From Azolla caroliniana (taxonomy: Eukaryota; Plantae; Polypodiophyta): a stretch of DNA of 64,000 nucleotides. The stretch is taken from positions 17,732,001 to 17,796,000 of the forward strand of contig JBHGNT010000018.1 of assembly GCA_043228905.1 (NCBI GenBank), in the 5' to 3' direction. The position numbers and the translations under genes were made by a program. The notes under the pieces were generated by a model. The model saw only the letters and a program-made list of their open reading frames with translations, did not search any database and had not been told where the DNA came from. Positions within the stretch are counted from its first letter, which is position 1; every line of letters starts with the position of its first letter. This document shows positions 62,601 through 64,000 of this stretch, piece after piece.

Positions 62601-64000
62601 ACAAGCCACTGCCCGATTCAATTGTTCATAAAGTTTGAATTGCTCTGGGCAGTCCACGTCTGTCGAGGTCTTTCGAGTGGTCGCAGTCTCATCTTGACAT
62701 GTGACTCGTTGTGCCAAGTCTTCGTCTTTTACGTCTACTTGTTTTCGCTGGGGTACGAGGGTGGTGACGTTCAAGCAAGAGATCGAGTCTCCATCCTCGT
62801 CGCAACACTTCGTACCAATGGGATATATTGCATCGATCGTGGCGAGAGCGTGTACCCAATTCATCTCTGACGTATCGAAAGCTACGGATTGGTCTTCTCT
62901 TTCTCTTGCATTCTCCGCTTTAGGATTGGCGGATTTTTGGGGGAACGGTTGGCCCCTGGCCAAGATCTGAATTGTTTTTGTGGGGTTTCACGCTAGGAGG
63001 TTGGTCTCAAACTCAATGGTTTCTGACTAGTCGTCCACGAGAGGGTTGCCCTCTTGTTCATGCACTCTTTGTGTGTATGCTTTGATGCGGAAGGTTTTGT
63101 TGTTTTTACGCATATAGATTGTATCATTCCCAACATCCATTACCAGGCGGCTTACACGTAGGAATGGTCTTCCTAGTAAGCACTCGTAGTCCACATGATT
63201 GGATGATCTTGTGACGACAAAGGTGAGATTGAACTCGACTCCGTGGATAGTGAAGTGATGTGTAGGGATCATGCCTTCTGGCCGTTGGATGGACCCATCT
63301 TCCATTCGTAGTTTGACATCTGAAGGAAGCATTTTTGGGCTCCTCCACTTACACCAACATTCATAGTTGACGATACTCACCAACATTCATAGCTGACGAT
63401 ACTTACCCATGCTCTGGAGTCAATGATTGCATCACACGTCGTACCATTCACGTAGACGGGTAGAGTGAAACTGGTATCGTTCCTCTCAAAGTGAGCTTCG
63501 CGTATATCGACTAGTGGTCCTTCGGGTTCCTTGAGGACTGTGGACGTACGAGGAATGTGGGTGTGTATCTTTTTGCCATAACTTGCTGATAGGCTTCCAT
63601 TGAGGCGGCGAAGGACGTTGTGCCATGGTTGGAGTCAAGTTTGAGTAGTTCTTCAAGTGTGAACTCTATTTCCTTAGCGAGGAGAGGTCGTAGTTGGGGG
63701 TTGTCGGCCACGAAGGTGCTAGTGTAGCTCTGTACTTCGCGTAATGTGAGTTGTAATTGTAAATTTAATATTTGTTGGAGCAGAGCTGTGTTGACCTCTT
63801 TGATCAGGTTAGGATGGCAGGTGGGAGGTGTATCCATGTGTTGGGGTGGGGGGTTTACCCATTCTTCGAGTTGGTCGAAGTTTAAGCTTGGGAGACTAAG
63901 CGATTTTTCGAACTGTTCGTGGCGTATGAGTTTAATGTACTCTTTGACCTTTTGTTTTTCAGCCACTGGGTTTGGGTATATGCTGCTAGGTGTGCCAGTA

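Larger units (their letters stand above)
51533..64000 (-). mobile_element. Large non-chromovirus gypsy element G (3' LTR about 51533-52093; 5' part outside the window), host of copy F
   Basis: PPT GGGGGGGA before TGTTAAG at 52093. PR (AIIDS, CLLGRPF), RT (IDGFSGYNQI, YVDD), RNase H and INT (ISDQGSHF, GPY) in ORFs 59584-63966. Confidence 0.88.

Noticed and set aside
63355-63412. Short tandem duplication in the protease of G
   Set aside because: A simple local duplication disrupting a dead copy.

Overview
Eukaryotic, land-plant-type repetitive DNA, probably a non-seed plant such as a fern or lycophyte (inferred from the retroelement lineages, not proven). I see no host genes, rRNA, true tRNA genes or CRISPR. 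The window is almost entirely nested transposons. It holds three copies of a Tcn1-like chromovirus (one complete, 52655-58331) and five Ty1/copia elements or fragments (one near-intact and very young, 23236-28695). It also holds a tRNA-Trp-primed non-chromovirus gypsy (16744-29850) with a gag-only relative and a solo LTR, a tRNA-Arg-primed gag-only LTR element, and a large minus-strand gypsy with extra domains (51533 to beyond 64000). The rest comprises three LINE fragments, a split hAT transposase and a TRIM-like element. Most notable observations: (1) a tRNA-Arg 3'-end mimic ending in CCA sits where the polypurine tract should be in two related elements; (2) antisense tRNA-like A/B-box modules lie at the U3 start of LTRs from unrelated families; (3) a second retropepsin follows an integrase, and further downstream an extra ORF has a textbook branch point and splice acceptor; (4) one family makes 4-bp target duplications that are all centred on CpG; (5) a roughly 1 kb fold-back of LINE RT sequence. 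All coordinates and alignments were read by eye and tRNA sequences were recalled from memory.
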